Shown one piece after another: positions 1-8,640 of a stretch of DNA of 56,661 nt; position 1 is the stretch's first letter; each line of letters opens with the position of its first letter. The DNA is from a virus (Duplodnaviria; Caudoviricetes), in the IMG/VR virus record IMGVR_UViG_3300043395_002017, positions 1-56,661 of that record; one strand, given 5' to 3'. The notes below the pieces were generated by a model, which did no database searches, was not told where the DNA came from, and saw only the letters and a list, made by a program, of their open reading frames with translations. The translations under genes were made by a program, and so were the position numbers.

Positions 1-510
1 AGATGGGAACACAGGCACTCAAGCATCTGCTCCGCGTATTGGCGCAAATGCAAACGATCTGCTGTTCTATACGAACACTAGCGGCAACAACTCCACCGAA
101 CGCGCACGGATTACGTCGGCAGGTGAATTTCTTGTTGGCAGTACCGTAGTCAACGGAAACGAGAAACTGGGCGTTTATGGCGATCAAAACTCCTCGCTCA
201 ACATTCGTGTTCGCAACATCAACGCCGGTTCTTCTGCATCTTCCGCTATTGTATTGAACGCATCTGGCAATGCTTGGGGTATTGAGTGCGGTTCTTCTGC
301 TAAGAACAGTAATGCTTTAACGTTCCAGTTGGATTACCTCGGGACAAACTCAGAAAAAGCCCGCATCACCTCGGCAGGTGAATTTCTGATTGGCAAGACT
401 TCAACGAGCAACGCAGTACAAGGGTTGGCTCTTTACCCAGATGGTCAAATGCGAATGACCACAGATGGGACTGCCTCTAACACAATTATTGGGTTTTTTA
501 GAAATTCATC
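1..510. repeat. Terminal direct repeat copy 1 (circular assembly overlap)
   Basis: 1-510 is identical to 56152-56661, lies inside a reading frame, and the 56151 offset is divisible by 3 so the frame is preserved. Confidence 0.97.
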
Positions 511-847
511 CGCAACTTTAGTTGGTTCAATTACAACCACAAGTACTGCAACAGCTTACAACACCTCTTCCGACTATCGCCTCAAAGACAACCCACAGCC
601 TCTGACGGGTAGCGGCGCATTCATCGACGCGCTTAAGCCTAAGACTTGGGTGTGGAAGGCTGACGGCAGCAAGGGTGTGGGCTTCATTGCTCACGAGGTG
701 CAGGAAATAAGCCCCGGCAGCGTCACAGGCGAGAAAGACGGTGAGCAGATGCAGGCAATGGAGTACGGCTCGGCAGAGTTCATCGCCAACATCGTCGCTG
801 AACTGCAATCCCTCCGCGCCCGTGTGGCGCAACTTGAAGCCAAGTAA
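1..847 (+). CDS. C-terminal part of tail fibre with peptidase S74 intramolecular chaperone domain (continuation of the ORF starting at 52766)
   Basis: SDYRLKDN...GFIAHEVQE motif followed by a C-terminal coiled coil; in frame with the 52766 ORF across the overlap. Confidence 0.9.
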   Translation, partial: DGNTGTQASAPRIGANANDLLFYTNTSGNNSTERARITSAGEFLVGSTVVNGNEKLGVYGDQNSSLNIRVRNINAGSSASSAIVLNASGNAWGIECGSSAKNSNALTFQLDYLGTNSEKARITSAGEFLIGKTSTSNAVQGLALYPDGQMRMTTDGTASNTIIGFFRNSSATLVGSITTTSTATAYNTSSDYRLKDNPQPLTGSGAFIDALKPKTWVWKADGSKGVGFIAHEVQEISPGSVTGEKDGEQMQAMEYGSAEFIANIVAELQSLRARVAQLEAK

Positions 848-859
848 GAAAGGAAACCC

Positions 860-1150
860 ATGAACATCATCATCAACACCCTTGAACGAAATGCCACCGA
901 CGGCTTCGTAACCATCGTACATTGGAGCGTTACCAAAACGCAAGGTGAGCACACCGCTTCCCAATATGGCACCGAATCCTTCACTCACGAAGGCACCTTC
1001 AAACCTTTTGCAGAGCTTACCGAAGCTGATGTAACCGGTTGGCTTACAGAGCGTTGGGGTGAGGAAGGCGTTGCCGCTAAAGAAGCAGCATTGGATGCTC
1101 AATTGGCATCTCTTGCAAATCCGCCTGTGCTTTCTGGAGTTCCGTGGTAA
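860..1150 (+). CDS. Tail fibre-associated small protein
   Basis: Strong RBS (gaaagga); FKPFAELTEADVTGWL and C-terminal GVPW are typical of proteins following tail fibres. Confidence 0.65.
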   Translation: MNIIINTLERNATDGFVTIVHWSVTKTQGEHTASQYGTESFTHEGTFKPFAELTEADVTGWLTERWGEEGVAAKEAALDAQLASLANPPVLSGVPW

Positions 1151-1199
1151 CATGTTATAGGCGCTAACAACGCCTGTTCATGTTAACGAAAGGACTTTT

Positions 1200-1367
1200 A
1201 TGAACGACACTAAAATTGCATTGACGCTGCCCCTTGTGAACGCTGTGCTTCAATATTTGGCAACACGCCCCTATCAGGAAGTGTTTCAAATTGTTCAAGC
1301 TATTCAGGAGCAAGCAACCCCGCAGTTGCCAATGCCTGAAATTAAACCCGAAGAACAAGCGCAGTAA
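1200..1367 (+). CDS. Small hypothetical protein, 55 aa (not in ORF track): MNDTKIALTLPLVNAVLQYLATRPYQEV...
   Basis: RBS gaaagga, ATG at 1200, TAATG coupling to next gene. Confidence 0.75.
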   Translation: MNDTKIALTLPLVNAVLQYLATRPYQEVFQIVQAIQEQATPQLPMPEIKPEEQAQ

Positions 1368-1861
1368 TGGAGCCAATAAGCGGCATCCTCGCAGCAGTAT
1401 CGGCAGCGAATGCCGCTTTTGGCGCTGTTAAGAAGCTTGTTGCTGCCGGTAGAGAAGTGCAGGATGTTGCCGGTCAGATTGGCAAGTGGTATGGAGCCTT
1501 TGGTGACTTCAACCGACTTGCCAACGAGAAAGCCAACAAAAAGCCGTCAGTCTTCAAACGCCTATTGCATGACGGGTCTGTAGAGCAAGAAGCCTTGCAG
1601 ATTACCATGCATAAGCAGGCGCTTGTGAAGCAGGAGTATGAGCTAAAGATACTCATCATCGCTCATTACGGTGAGAATGTTTACAACGAGATGATCATGG
1701 AGCGCATCCGGCTGAAGAAGGAGCGCGAGAAAAGAGAGCGCGAGCATTATTTGCGTCAGCAGGCATTTATGCTTAATGTCAAATACGGCACAGGCATTGC
1801 ATTTTTATTGACTGCTTTGTCTGGAATAGTTTATTATATTATAGTTTCTGTCCAAAAATGA
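1367..1861 (+). CDS. Hypothetical protein with C-terminal transmembrane segment (lysis region)
   Basis: Coupled ORF; coiled coil and hydrophobic C-terminus. Confidence 0.65.
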   Translation: MEPISGILAAVSAANAAFGAVKKLVAAGREVQDVAGQIGKWYGAFGDFNRLANEKANKKPSVFKRLLHDGSVEQEALQITMHKQALVKQEYELKILIIAHYGENVYNEMIMERIRLKKEREKREREHYLRQQAFMLNVKYGTGIAFLLTALSGIVYYIIVSVQK

Positions 1862-2361
1862 GTCTAAAAAAACCTGCACCAACTGCCACTCGCTCGGAGA
1901 AAGAGGCGTATGTCAAAGCTCTTGCTGCGATTTCTATTAGCGTGTTTGCTCTACTCCTTGCTGTTACAAATTACTTTGCCGGGAGAAATTCCTCTGCTGT
2001 TTTGAATGGCACTATTAGCGCTAACAATTTGTGGACATGGTATGGTACCAAAAATGTTCGTGCGTCAATGTATCACATTGCTGCTGAACAGGGTGGTAAA
2101 AACGCAGACACATTTGATAAGCAAGCAATTCGTCTGCGTGCCGACATGGAAGAAATAGAGGCTAAGGCACGTGCTGCCGAAGCCACCAGAGACGCTGCCA
2201 AAACAAAGTCTCCGTGGTATTCGTATTCGGCAATGGCCCTACAACTTGCCATTGTGTTGTCGTCTGCTGCCATTTTGGCTGTGACGTTGTCTTTGTTTTA
2301 TGTGTCATTGGGCGTTGGTGCCATTGGCACGGCTTTGTTCTTTATTGCTTTAGGAGCTTAA
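1858..2361 (+). CDS. DUF4337-like membrane protein
   Basis: TM helix, ANNLWTWYGTKNVR, coiled coil, two C-terminal TM helices (LQLAIVLSSAAIL). Confidence 0.6.
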   Translation: MSLKKPAPTATRSEKEAYVKALAAISISVFALLLAVTNYFAGRNSSAVLNGTISANNLWTWYGTKNVRASMYHIAAEQGGKNADTFDKQAIRLRADMEEIEAKARAAEATRDAAKTKSPWYSYSAMALQLAIVLSSAAILAVTLSLFYVSLGVGAIGTALFFIALGA

Positions 2362-2362
2362 T

Positions 2363-2848
2363 ATGTTTGAGTTGTTGGGCGGTGGTGTATTGGGTAGCCT
2401 CTTCGGTGGCTTGTTTCGACTTGCTCCCGAAGTATTGAAGTTTCTGGACAAGGGCAACGAGCGCAAACATGAGCTTTCCATGTTCACGTTGCAAACCGAT
2501 CTGGAGAAGATGCGTGGTCAGTTTAAGATGGAAGAGCGCTATGTTGACTATTCCGTCACGCAGCTTGAAACCATCAAGGAAGCCTTTAAAGAGCAGTCTA
2601 AGACCGCCAAAGAAGCCGGATGGTTTGTTTCCGCTGTGTCGGCTCTGGTTCGTCCCGGCATCACGTGGGCGTTGTTCTTCATGTATGCGGCTGTCAAGAT
2701 TGCTGCCATCACTTTGGCAATGCAGACCGGTGGACATTGGGCTGAGATTTTGCGTCAGTCGTGGGACGTTGATGACTTTGCCATGCTCAATATGTGCCTA
2801 ACGTTCTGGTTCGTTGGTCGCTCCATCGAAAAATATAACAAGCAATGA
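2363..2848 (+). CDS. Putative holin (3TM-like)
   Basis: Hydrophobic segments, SALVRPGIT and FWFVGRSIEK motifs; directly upstream of endolysin. Confidence 0.65.
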   Translation: MFELLGGGVLGSLFGGLFRLAPEVLKFLDKGNERKHELSMFTLQTDLEKMRGQFKMEERYVDYSVTQLETIKEAFKEQSKTAKEAGWFVSAVSALVRPGITWALFFMYAAVKIAAITLAMQTGGHWAEILRQSWDVDDFAMLNMCLTFWFVGRSIEKYNKQ

Positions 2849-3312
2849 AAGAGGCTATTCAGATTGCCGGGGACGTTTTGGTGAAGCCCTTCGAGGGCTA
2901 TGCCAAGCGTCTTCCCAATGGCGACTGTACAGCCTATCCAGACCCCGGTACAAACGGTGATCCTTGGACGATTGGATGGGGCTGTACTGGTCCCGACATC
3001 AAACCCGGCACCGTCTGGACTGTCGAGAAAGCACAAGCAGAACTTGACAATCATTTAATGCATTTTTGTCACGGAGTATTGAAACTATCACCCGGATTGG
3101 CTGCTGAGCCTCCGAGACGCCTTGCCGCTGTGATATCTTTCGCTTATAACTGTGGACTAGGTAACTATCGGATAAGCACGTTCAAGAAGCGCGTTGATGC
3201 CAAAGATTGGCAAGGCGCGTATGAAGAAATCTTGAAGTGGAACAAAGCAGCAGGTCGCGTCCTACGAGGGTTAACATTGCGACGAGAAGCTGAAGGAAAA
3301 CTCTTACTTTAA
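2845..3312 (+). CDS. Endolysin, GH24 lysozyme
   Basis: FEG...AYPDP...WTIGWG, SFAYNCG, KWNKAAGRVLRGLTLRREAE. Confidence 0.95.
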   Translation: MKEAIQIAGDVLVKPFEGYAKRLPNGDCTAYPDPGTNGDPWTIGWGCTGPDIKPGTVWTVEKAQAELDNHLMHFCHGVLKLSPGLAAEPPRRLAAVISFAYNCGLGNYRISTFKKRVDAKDWQGAYEEILKWNKAAGRVLRGLTLRREAEGKLLL

Positions 3313-3314
3313 TT

Positions 3315-3506
3315 ATGGAAACCGCTCAACAAGTAACCGAATCCGCATCTGCTGTCGTTGCCAAAGTGGCACCGCCCGTTACAGTGTCGCTTGCCACTGT
3401 TGCGGGCTTCTCTGTTTCAGAAATATTGGTGTGGGCTACGTTGCTCTACACCGTCATTATGATTGGTCACAAGCTGTACCAAATCTATAAAGAAGTAAAG
3501 AAATAG
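3315..3506 (+). CDS. Small membrane protein (holin-like)
   Basis: Hydrophobic helix and basic C-terminus, next to endolysin. Confidence 0.5.
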   Translation: METAQQVTESASAVVAKVAPPVTVSLATVAGFSVSEILVWATLLYTVIMIGHKLYQIYKEVKK

Positions 3507-3507
3507 C

Positions 3508-3819
3508 ATGATTGCACCCACTTCGCTCCGCATCATTGGTAGAGAGTTTGAGGTGAAAATGCTTGACGAATATGAAGGTCAAGTTGGCGGTGTAGACTTC
3601 CCATCGTGTACAATAAACATCAAGAGTGGTCAGCAAAGACTCTTAGAGGCTGATACAATATTGCACGAGTCGTTGCATGTGTTAGACGAAATCTTTCAAC
3701 TTGGTCTAACAGAGCGTCATGTGTATTGTTTAACTGGCGGCATCATTGCCTTGTTGCGTGATAATCCAACACTGATGAACTATCTACGAGACGCAATCGA
3801 CAACCCGAGAACTGTATGA
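3508..3819 (+). CDS. Small HExxH zinc metallopeptidase-like protein
   Basis: DTILHESLH motif with downstream E. Confidence 0.6.
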   Translation: MIAPTSLRIIGREFEVKMLDEYEGQVGGVDFPSCTINIKSGQQRLLEADTILHESLHVLDEIFQLGLTERHVYCLTGGIIALLRDNPTLMNYLRDAIDNPRTV

Positions 3820-6527
3820 AAAACTTCACTGCAAAGCAAAAAGAAATCATTGCTCGAAAGCTTGGCTACGACGGCCCGATGCAAGGCTTTGACGAATTCG
3901 TTCAAAGCTCGCCTGCGCTTGCCATGAAATATGAGATGATTAATGACAAATACACCGAGCGTATGAATAAAGGCGGTGCAGTGATGCGTTATCAAGCTGG
4001 TGGTTCTGTTGAACAGCTTCGCAGCACTTTCGACACCTCAATCTTTAGCAAGACGCCACAAGAAAAAGCGACATATTACAACTCGCTTTTGGATACCGGA
4101 TATGATGACGAAACTATTCGTGCTGCTATTGGTGCTCCGTTAGATCAAAACTGGAGTGCTTTGACGAGCATGGCAAGCCAACAGCGAGCGGCAGCGCCTA
4201 CACCTGCGCCAGCGCCTACACCGACGCCTTCGCCTTCTCCAGCACCTGCTCTGGCTGCTACTCTTGCTACTGAACCAGCACCTGCGCCTGCTGCCGAGAG
4301 CGTTGTTCAAAATCAAACCCCAGTAGAACAATTACGATCATCATTTGATCAATCTGTCTTCAGCAAAACACCACAAGAAAAAGCCGCATATTACAACTCG
4401 TTGCTTGATGCGGGGTATGATGACGCAACCATTCGCGCAGCAATTAATGCCCCTGAAGATCAGAATTGGGCACAACTGCGAGACATCGCTCAGAATTTGC
4501 GAACTGGTGCGGGCGCTGGCGGTGGTGGCGGTGGCACACCCGCTACACAATCTGCTGTAGATCGTTTGCGTGCGTCATTCGATCAATCAATTTTCAGCAA
4601 GACGCCAACTGAAAAAGCTGCATATTATAATTCATTGCTTGCTGCGGGATATGATGATGCCACTATCCGTGAAGCTATTAATGCGCCTTTAGATGCAAAT
4701 TGGGCAGAGCTACAACGAATTGCTACAGGGCTGCGTACACCCGCACCAACGCCTGCACCTACGCCTGCACCAACGCCTGCACCAACGCCTGCACCTGCGT
4801 CGAGACTAAGCGCAGCAGATGTAACCAAACTCATTAGCACCACCGAAGCAGGTACAAATCCGGCAACGCAATATGATGAAACTGGCAAGCCTTTGATGGG
4901 TACAACAGCGACTGTTACCCCGTCTCAGACAGCTATTACCAGCGAGATGAAGCTTGATGCTTCTAAATATGCCGCAGCAGCGCAAGCACCAGAGGCGAAA
5001 CAAACGCTTGCTGTCGGTGCTGCTGATGTAACAAAACCCACTGCTGTTGCAGGACAATCTGTTACTGCTGCTACAGCAAAATCTGGTGTTGAACAAGCAA
5101 TGTTGGGCGTTGTTCCCGCCACCGGGACGGCACAGGCTATTCAGGCTGCTCAGCTTACCGAAGAACAAAAGCGAGCCGGCATGGCTCAGGCTCAACAGCT
5201 TGACAAAGCGCAACAGGCTCAATTGGCAACTCGCACTTTGCAAGAAGGTGAACTTGTTTCTGGCACTGCCGTGGAAATGCGTCGTGCCGAAGAAGCCATT
5301 GCCAAAACTCAAGCTGCACAGGGTGTTGTCACTGAAGACATGACGGTGCAGGGACAGCTTACAAAGCTTACGGCTAACTTTGACGCTAGCAATCCGCCGC
5401 CTTGGGCTGCGGGCGCTATCCGCTCTGTTACTGCACAACTTGCTGCTCGCGGTTTAGGTGCCTCTAGCATGGCTGGACAGGCTATTGTGCAGGCTGCGCT
5501 TGAGATGGCTACCCCGATTGCCTCTGCTGACGCTGCTACATATCAACAGATGGCAGCACAAAATCTGTCGAACCGGCAGCAAGTTGCCATTCTGTCAGCG
5601 CAACAACGTGCTCAGTTTCTGGGACAAGAGTTTGATCAGACGTTCCAGACTCGTGTATTGAATGCAGCAAAGGTTGCTGACATTGCAAACATGAACTTCA
5701 CCGCTCAGCAGCAGGTGTATTTGGAAAATGCACGGCTTGCTCAGTCGGTTGATTTGGCAAATCTGAACAATCGTCAAGCCACCACCATTGCAAATGCGGC
5801 AACGCTTGCTGGCATGGAAATGGCAAACTTGAACGCTCGTCAACAAACTGCTGTTGCCAATGCTCAAAACTTCCTGCAAATGGAAATGGCGAACATGTCC
5901 AACACGCAGCAAGCGGCGTTGTTCAAGGCACAGACATTGGCGCAAGCTGCGTTGTCAGACACTGCCGCTGAGAATACTGCTCGTCAGTTTAATGCCACGA
6001 ACAAACAGCAAGCTGATCAGTTTAACGCGAGTCTGTCAACGCAAGTTGCTCAGTTTAACACTGCTCAATATAATGCCATCCAGCAGTTTAATGCCGGACA
6101 AGCAAATGCGGTGTCGCAATTCAATGCGCAGATGCAGGGGCAACGTCAGGAATTTAACGCTCGTAACCGCATCATCATTGACCAAGCCAATGCTCAACTG
6201 ATTGCTCAGATTAGTACCGCTAACACTGCTGCCACCAATGCTGCCAACTTCCAAAACGCTCAAGCAATGAACAACATGACGCTTGCGCAATATAATAACG
6301 AAGTGCAGCTTTATCGCGATCAGGTCAAAATGGTGTTCGACAGCTATGAGCGTGCTGAAGATAGAGCAGCATCGATGGCAACGGCGGTGTTGCAAGCTGA
6401 CATTGCTCGTGAAAAGATTAGCGCCGAAACCAGTGCTGCATATGGTAAGCTGCTCGGCTCTGTCGTTGGAACCAAAGTTGGCGAGAAGGTGCTAGATGGA
6501 GTATGGAACTTCCTGTTTGGGCCTTAA
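3816..6527 (+). CDS. Putative internal virion/ejection protein with three ~55-aa repeats, Pro/Ala/Thr linkers and Gln/Ala/Asn-rich QFN-repeat coiled coil
   Basis: 903-aa ORF; composition and position typical of podovirus ejection proteins. Confidence 0.7.
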   Translation: MKNFTAKQKEIIARKLGYDGPMQGFDEFVQSSPALAMKYEMINDKYTERMNKGGAVMRYQAGGSVEQLRSTFDTSIFSKTPQEKATYYNSLLDTGYDDETIRAAIGAPLDQNWSALTSMASQQRAAAPTPAPAPTPTPSPSPAPALAATLATEPAPAPAAESVVQNQTPVEQLRSSFDQSVFSKTPQEKAAYYNSLLDAGYDDATIRAAINAPEDQNWAQLRDIAQNLRTGAGAGGGGGGTPATQSAVDRLRASFDQSIFSKTPTEKAAYYNSLLAAGYDDATIREAINAPLDANWAELQRIATGLRTPAPTPAPTPAPTPAPTPAPASRLSAADVTKLISTTEAGTNPATQYDETGKPLMGTTATVTPSQTAITSEMKLDASKYAAAAQAPEAKQTLAVGAADVTKPTAVAGQSVTAATAKSGVEQAMLGVVPATGTAQAIQAAQLTEEQKRAGMAQAQQLDKAQQAQLATRTLQEGELVSGTAVEMRRAEEAIAKTQAAQGVVTEDMTVQGQLTKLTANFDASNPPPWAAGAIRSVTAQLAARGLGASSMAGQAIVQAALEMATPIASADAATYQQMAAQNLSNRQQVAILSAQQRAQFLGQEFDQTFQTRVLNAAKVADIANMNFTAQQQVYLENARLAQSVDLANLNNRQATTIANAATLAGMEMANLNARQQTAVANAQNFLQMEMANMSNTQQAALFKAQTLAQAALSDTAAENTARQFNATNKQQADQFNASLSTQVAQFNTAQYNAIQQFNAGQANAVSQFNAQMQGQRQEFNARNRIIIDQANAQLIAQISTANTAATNAANFQNAQAMNNMTLAQYNNEVQLYRDQVKMVFDSYERAEDRAASMATAVLQADIAREKISAETSAAYGKLLGSVVGTKVGEKVLDGVWNFLFGP

Positions 6528-6546
6528 TTAAATCGAAGGATAGTTT

Positions 6547-6750
6547 ATGCAAAACTATAAAAAGTTTATGGCTCAAGTTAATGAGCGCATCGAAAAATCT
6601 GGTAAAAAGCCAACCAAGTCTGAAGGCGGCATCATGGCTCGTAAAGAGCGTGACATGAAAGCTGCTGACGACTACGTTGACACCATTGCGTCTTATGTCG
6701 CAGCCATCCGCAAAACAGCACAGAAAGTGAAGGCGAAGAATGCAGCCTGA
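6547..6750 (+). CDS. Hypothetical protein
   Basis: RBS aagga; contiguous gene packing. Confidence 0.65.
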   Translation: MQNYKKFMAQVNERIEKSGKKPTKSEGGIMARKERDMKAADDYVDTIASYVAAIRKTAQKVKAKNAA

Positions 6751-7198
6751 TTTCCTCCACCAGCCCATCCCCGGTATCTCGTTGACCGGTGAACTTGGCA
6801 ATGCCCCGTGGGAACAACCTCCGAAATATACGACGATTGATGAAGTCGTTGATTTCTATTCCGATAAAATCATAGAGCCTGATGTCACTAAAGACATGCT
6901 TGATGCTATTAAAGGCAACATTCCGTTGCTTACCATTGCAGACGGCATGTTGAAGATGGGTGTGATGGAAGGACTGCACAGCATCGATGCTGCTATGCTT
7001 GCTAAGCCGATTCTCGTTGAGTTGATGATTGCGATGGCTGAGATTTATGATGTTGGATATGTTATTGAAGCTGATGATTTGATTCGTCAGCGATTTATGC
7101 CATCTGATGTTGTTGAAAAAGTTGTTGAAGAAACAACGCAGAAAATTGCTGAAGGCAAAGAAGAATCCGGTGGTCTTATTGCTCGGAGGAAAAAATAA
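6740..7198 (+). CDS. Conserved phage virion-module protein
   Basis: PIPGISLT.ELGNAPWEQPP motif recognised from podovirus structural modules. Confidence 0.65.
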   Translation: MQPDFLHQPIPGISLTGELGNAPWEQPPKYTTIDEVVDFYSDKIIEPDVTKDMLDAIKGNIPLLTIADGMLKMGVMEGLHSIDAAMLAKPILVELMIAMAEIYDVGYVIEADDLIRQRFMPSDVVEKVVEETTQKIAEGKEESGGLIARRKK

Positions 7199-8631
7199 TG
7201 GCTTTTAGTCTTGTTGGATTTGGTGCCGGTCTTGCTGAAAGCTTGACTGAGCGCATCGAAGAAGAGCGTAAGTTTTCCAATCTTGCGTTGCAGGGTCGCA
7301 TTGAGCGTGCGTCCGTGTTGAAAATGCAGCAAGAAAAAGAAGCAAAAGCTATTGAAGAAGACCTCAAGGGCAGGCTTAATACGCTGAAAGAATTCGGTGT
7401 AAACGATCCTGAATTGCAGAAAGCATATTTGTCTGCCCCTACAGCGCTCGAAGCCTTGCAAAAGGCAAAGCTGTCTGGTCTTGAGGTTGATCCAAAAGCG
7501 CTTATCACCGTCAATAAAGACAAGCTCTTCGCGGGCACTCCGGAGGAAATGATTAGGGCAGCAACACGTCCGACAGGTACAGTGAAGGCTGCAACGATTA
7601 CGCCAACAGAAGGCGGCAGCATGTTTGCTCCGTCTGCTGGTATGCAACAACAGCGTTTCCAACAAATCGCTAGCATGCGCGGATTGACGCCGGAAGATGT
7701 TGGTCGTGCTGAAGCAGGATTTACTCCGCAGCGTCCTGAAGTGGCTGCGTCGATTAACTTCGAAGCGTTGAAGAAAGAAGACAAAGCAACGTGGAAACAA
7801 AAGCTTGAGCGCTACGAAACCAATTACGCTGACACGGTTCAGCGTTTTGGTGCCGACAGCCCAGAAGCAATCAAAGCAAAGGCTGCGGTAGATAGCTATC
7901 GGGTTACTACCAATAATTTGACGGAAGAGCAATTCGATCACGCTAAAAAGCTGTCTCGTGCTAATGCCATCATGTTCGATAAGACCATGACCAATGTAAC
8001 TGATCAAGATCGGGCATGGGCAAAAAGCTATTTGGACAGCTATAACGCATACAAGCGCCAACAAGAAGCTTTGGGTAAGCCTGACGAAAAGATTCCTGCA
8101 CCGGGATCACTCGTTAGCATTGCCCGCACCGCAGGCGCTAATGCTGTTCGCAACACCTACGGCACAGGTGTTACTCGTGCGCAACTTGCTTTCGTTACCA
8201 ATCAAGACGGCAGCACCTCTGTTCAATACTCTGGTGATGATCCTGAGATGCAAAAGCGCATTGTTCGTCGCGAACAAGAAGGCGTCGTTGCTTCGTTGCG
8301 GATGTACATGACGCAGGATGGTCGAGTGACGGATAAGAAAGTAGAGCAGGCGCTGTCTGCATTCGGTATCACACTTGATGAGAATCAAAAGCCGGTTCTC
8401 ATTGAAGCTGCTCCGATGCCTCCTGCTCGTGAGCGTCCTGCTGTTCCTCCGCGCACTCCGGCTGCGGCAGCTTCAGCGCCTTCGACACCGGCTCCAAAGC
8501 CTGCTACAACACCTGAAGGATTTCCTCCCGGTAGCAAAATTGCTCGCAATGAATTCGTTGCCGGTAAAGGATTCAAGGTTTATAATGCCGAAGGTAAGCT
8601 AATCGGCTACGCTCAATACAATCAAGAATAA
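7198..8631 (+). CDS. Putative internal virion/ejection protein
   Basis: 477 aa, Gly-rich N-terminus (GFGAGLAE), helical, coupled via TAATG. Confidence 0.6.
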   Translation: MAFSLVGFGAGLAESLTERIEEERKFSNLALQGRIERASVLKMQQEKEAKAIEEDLKGRLNTLKEFGVNDPELQKAYLSAPTALEALQKAKLSGLEVDPKALITVNKDKLFAGTPEEMIRAATRPTGTVKAATITPTEGGSMFAPSAGMQQQRFQQIASMRGLTPEDVGRAEAGFTPQRPEVAASINFEALKKEDKATWKQKLERYETNYADTVQRFGADSPEAIKAKAAVDSYRVTTNNLTEEQFDHAKKLSRANAIMFDKTMTNVTDQDRAWAKSYLDSYNAYKRQQEALGKPDEKIPAPGSLVSIARTAGANAVRNTYGTGVTRAQLAFVTNQDGSTSVQYSGDDPEMQKRIVRREQEGVVASLRMYMTQDGRVTDKKVEQALSAFGITLDENQKPVLIEAAPMPPARERPAVPPRTPAAAASAPSTPAPKPATTPEGFPPGSKIARNEFVAGKGFKVYNAEGKLIGYAQYNQE

Positions 8632-8640
8632 AGGATTGAC

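Noticed and set aside
1-510. 510-bp terminal repeat as a physical DTR
   Set aside because: It lies inside the tail-fibre reading frame; better explained as circular assembly overlap
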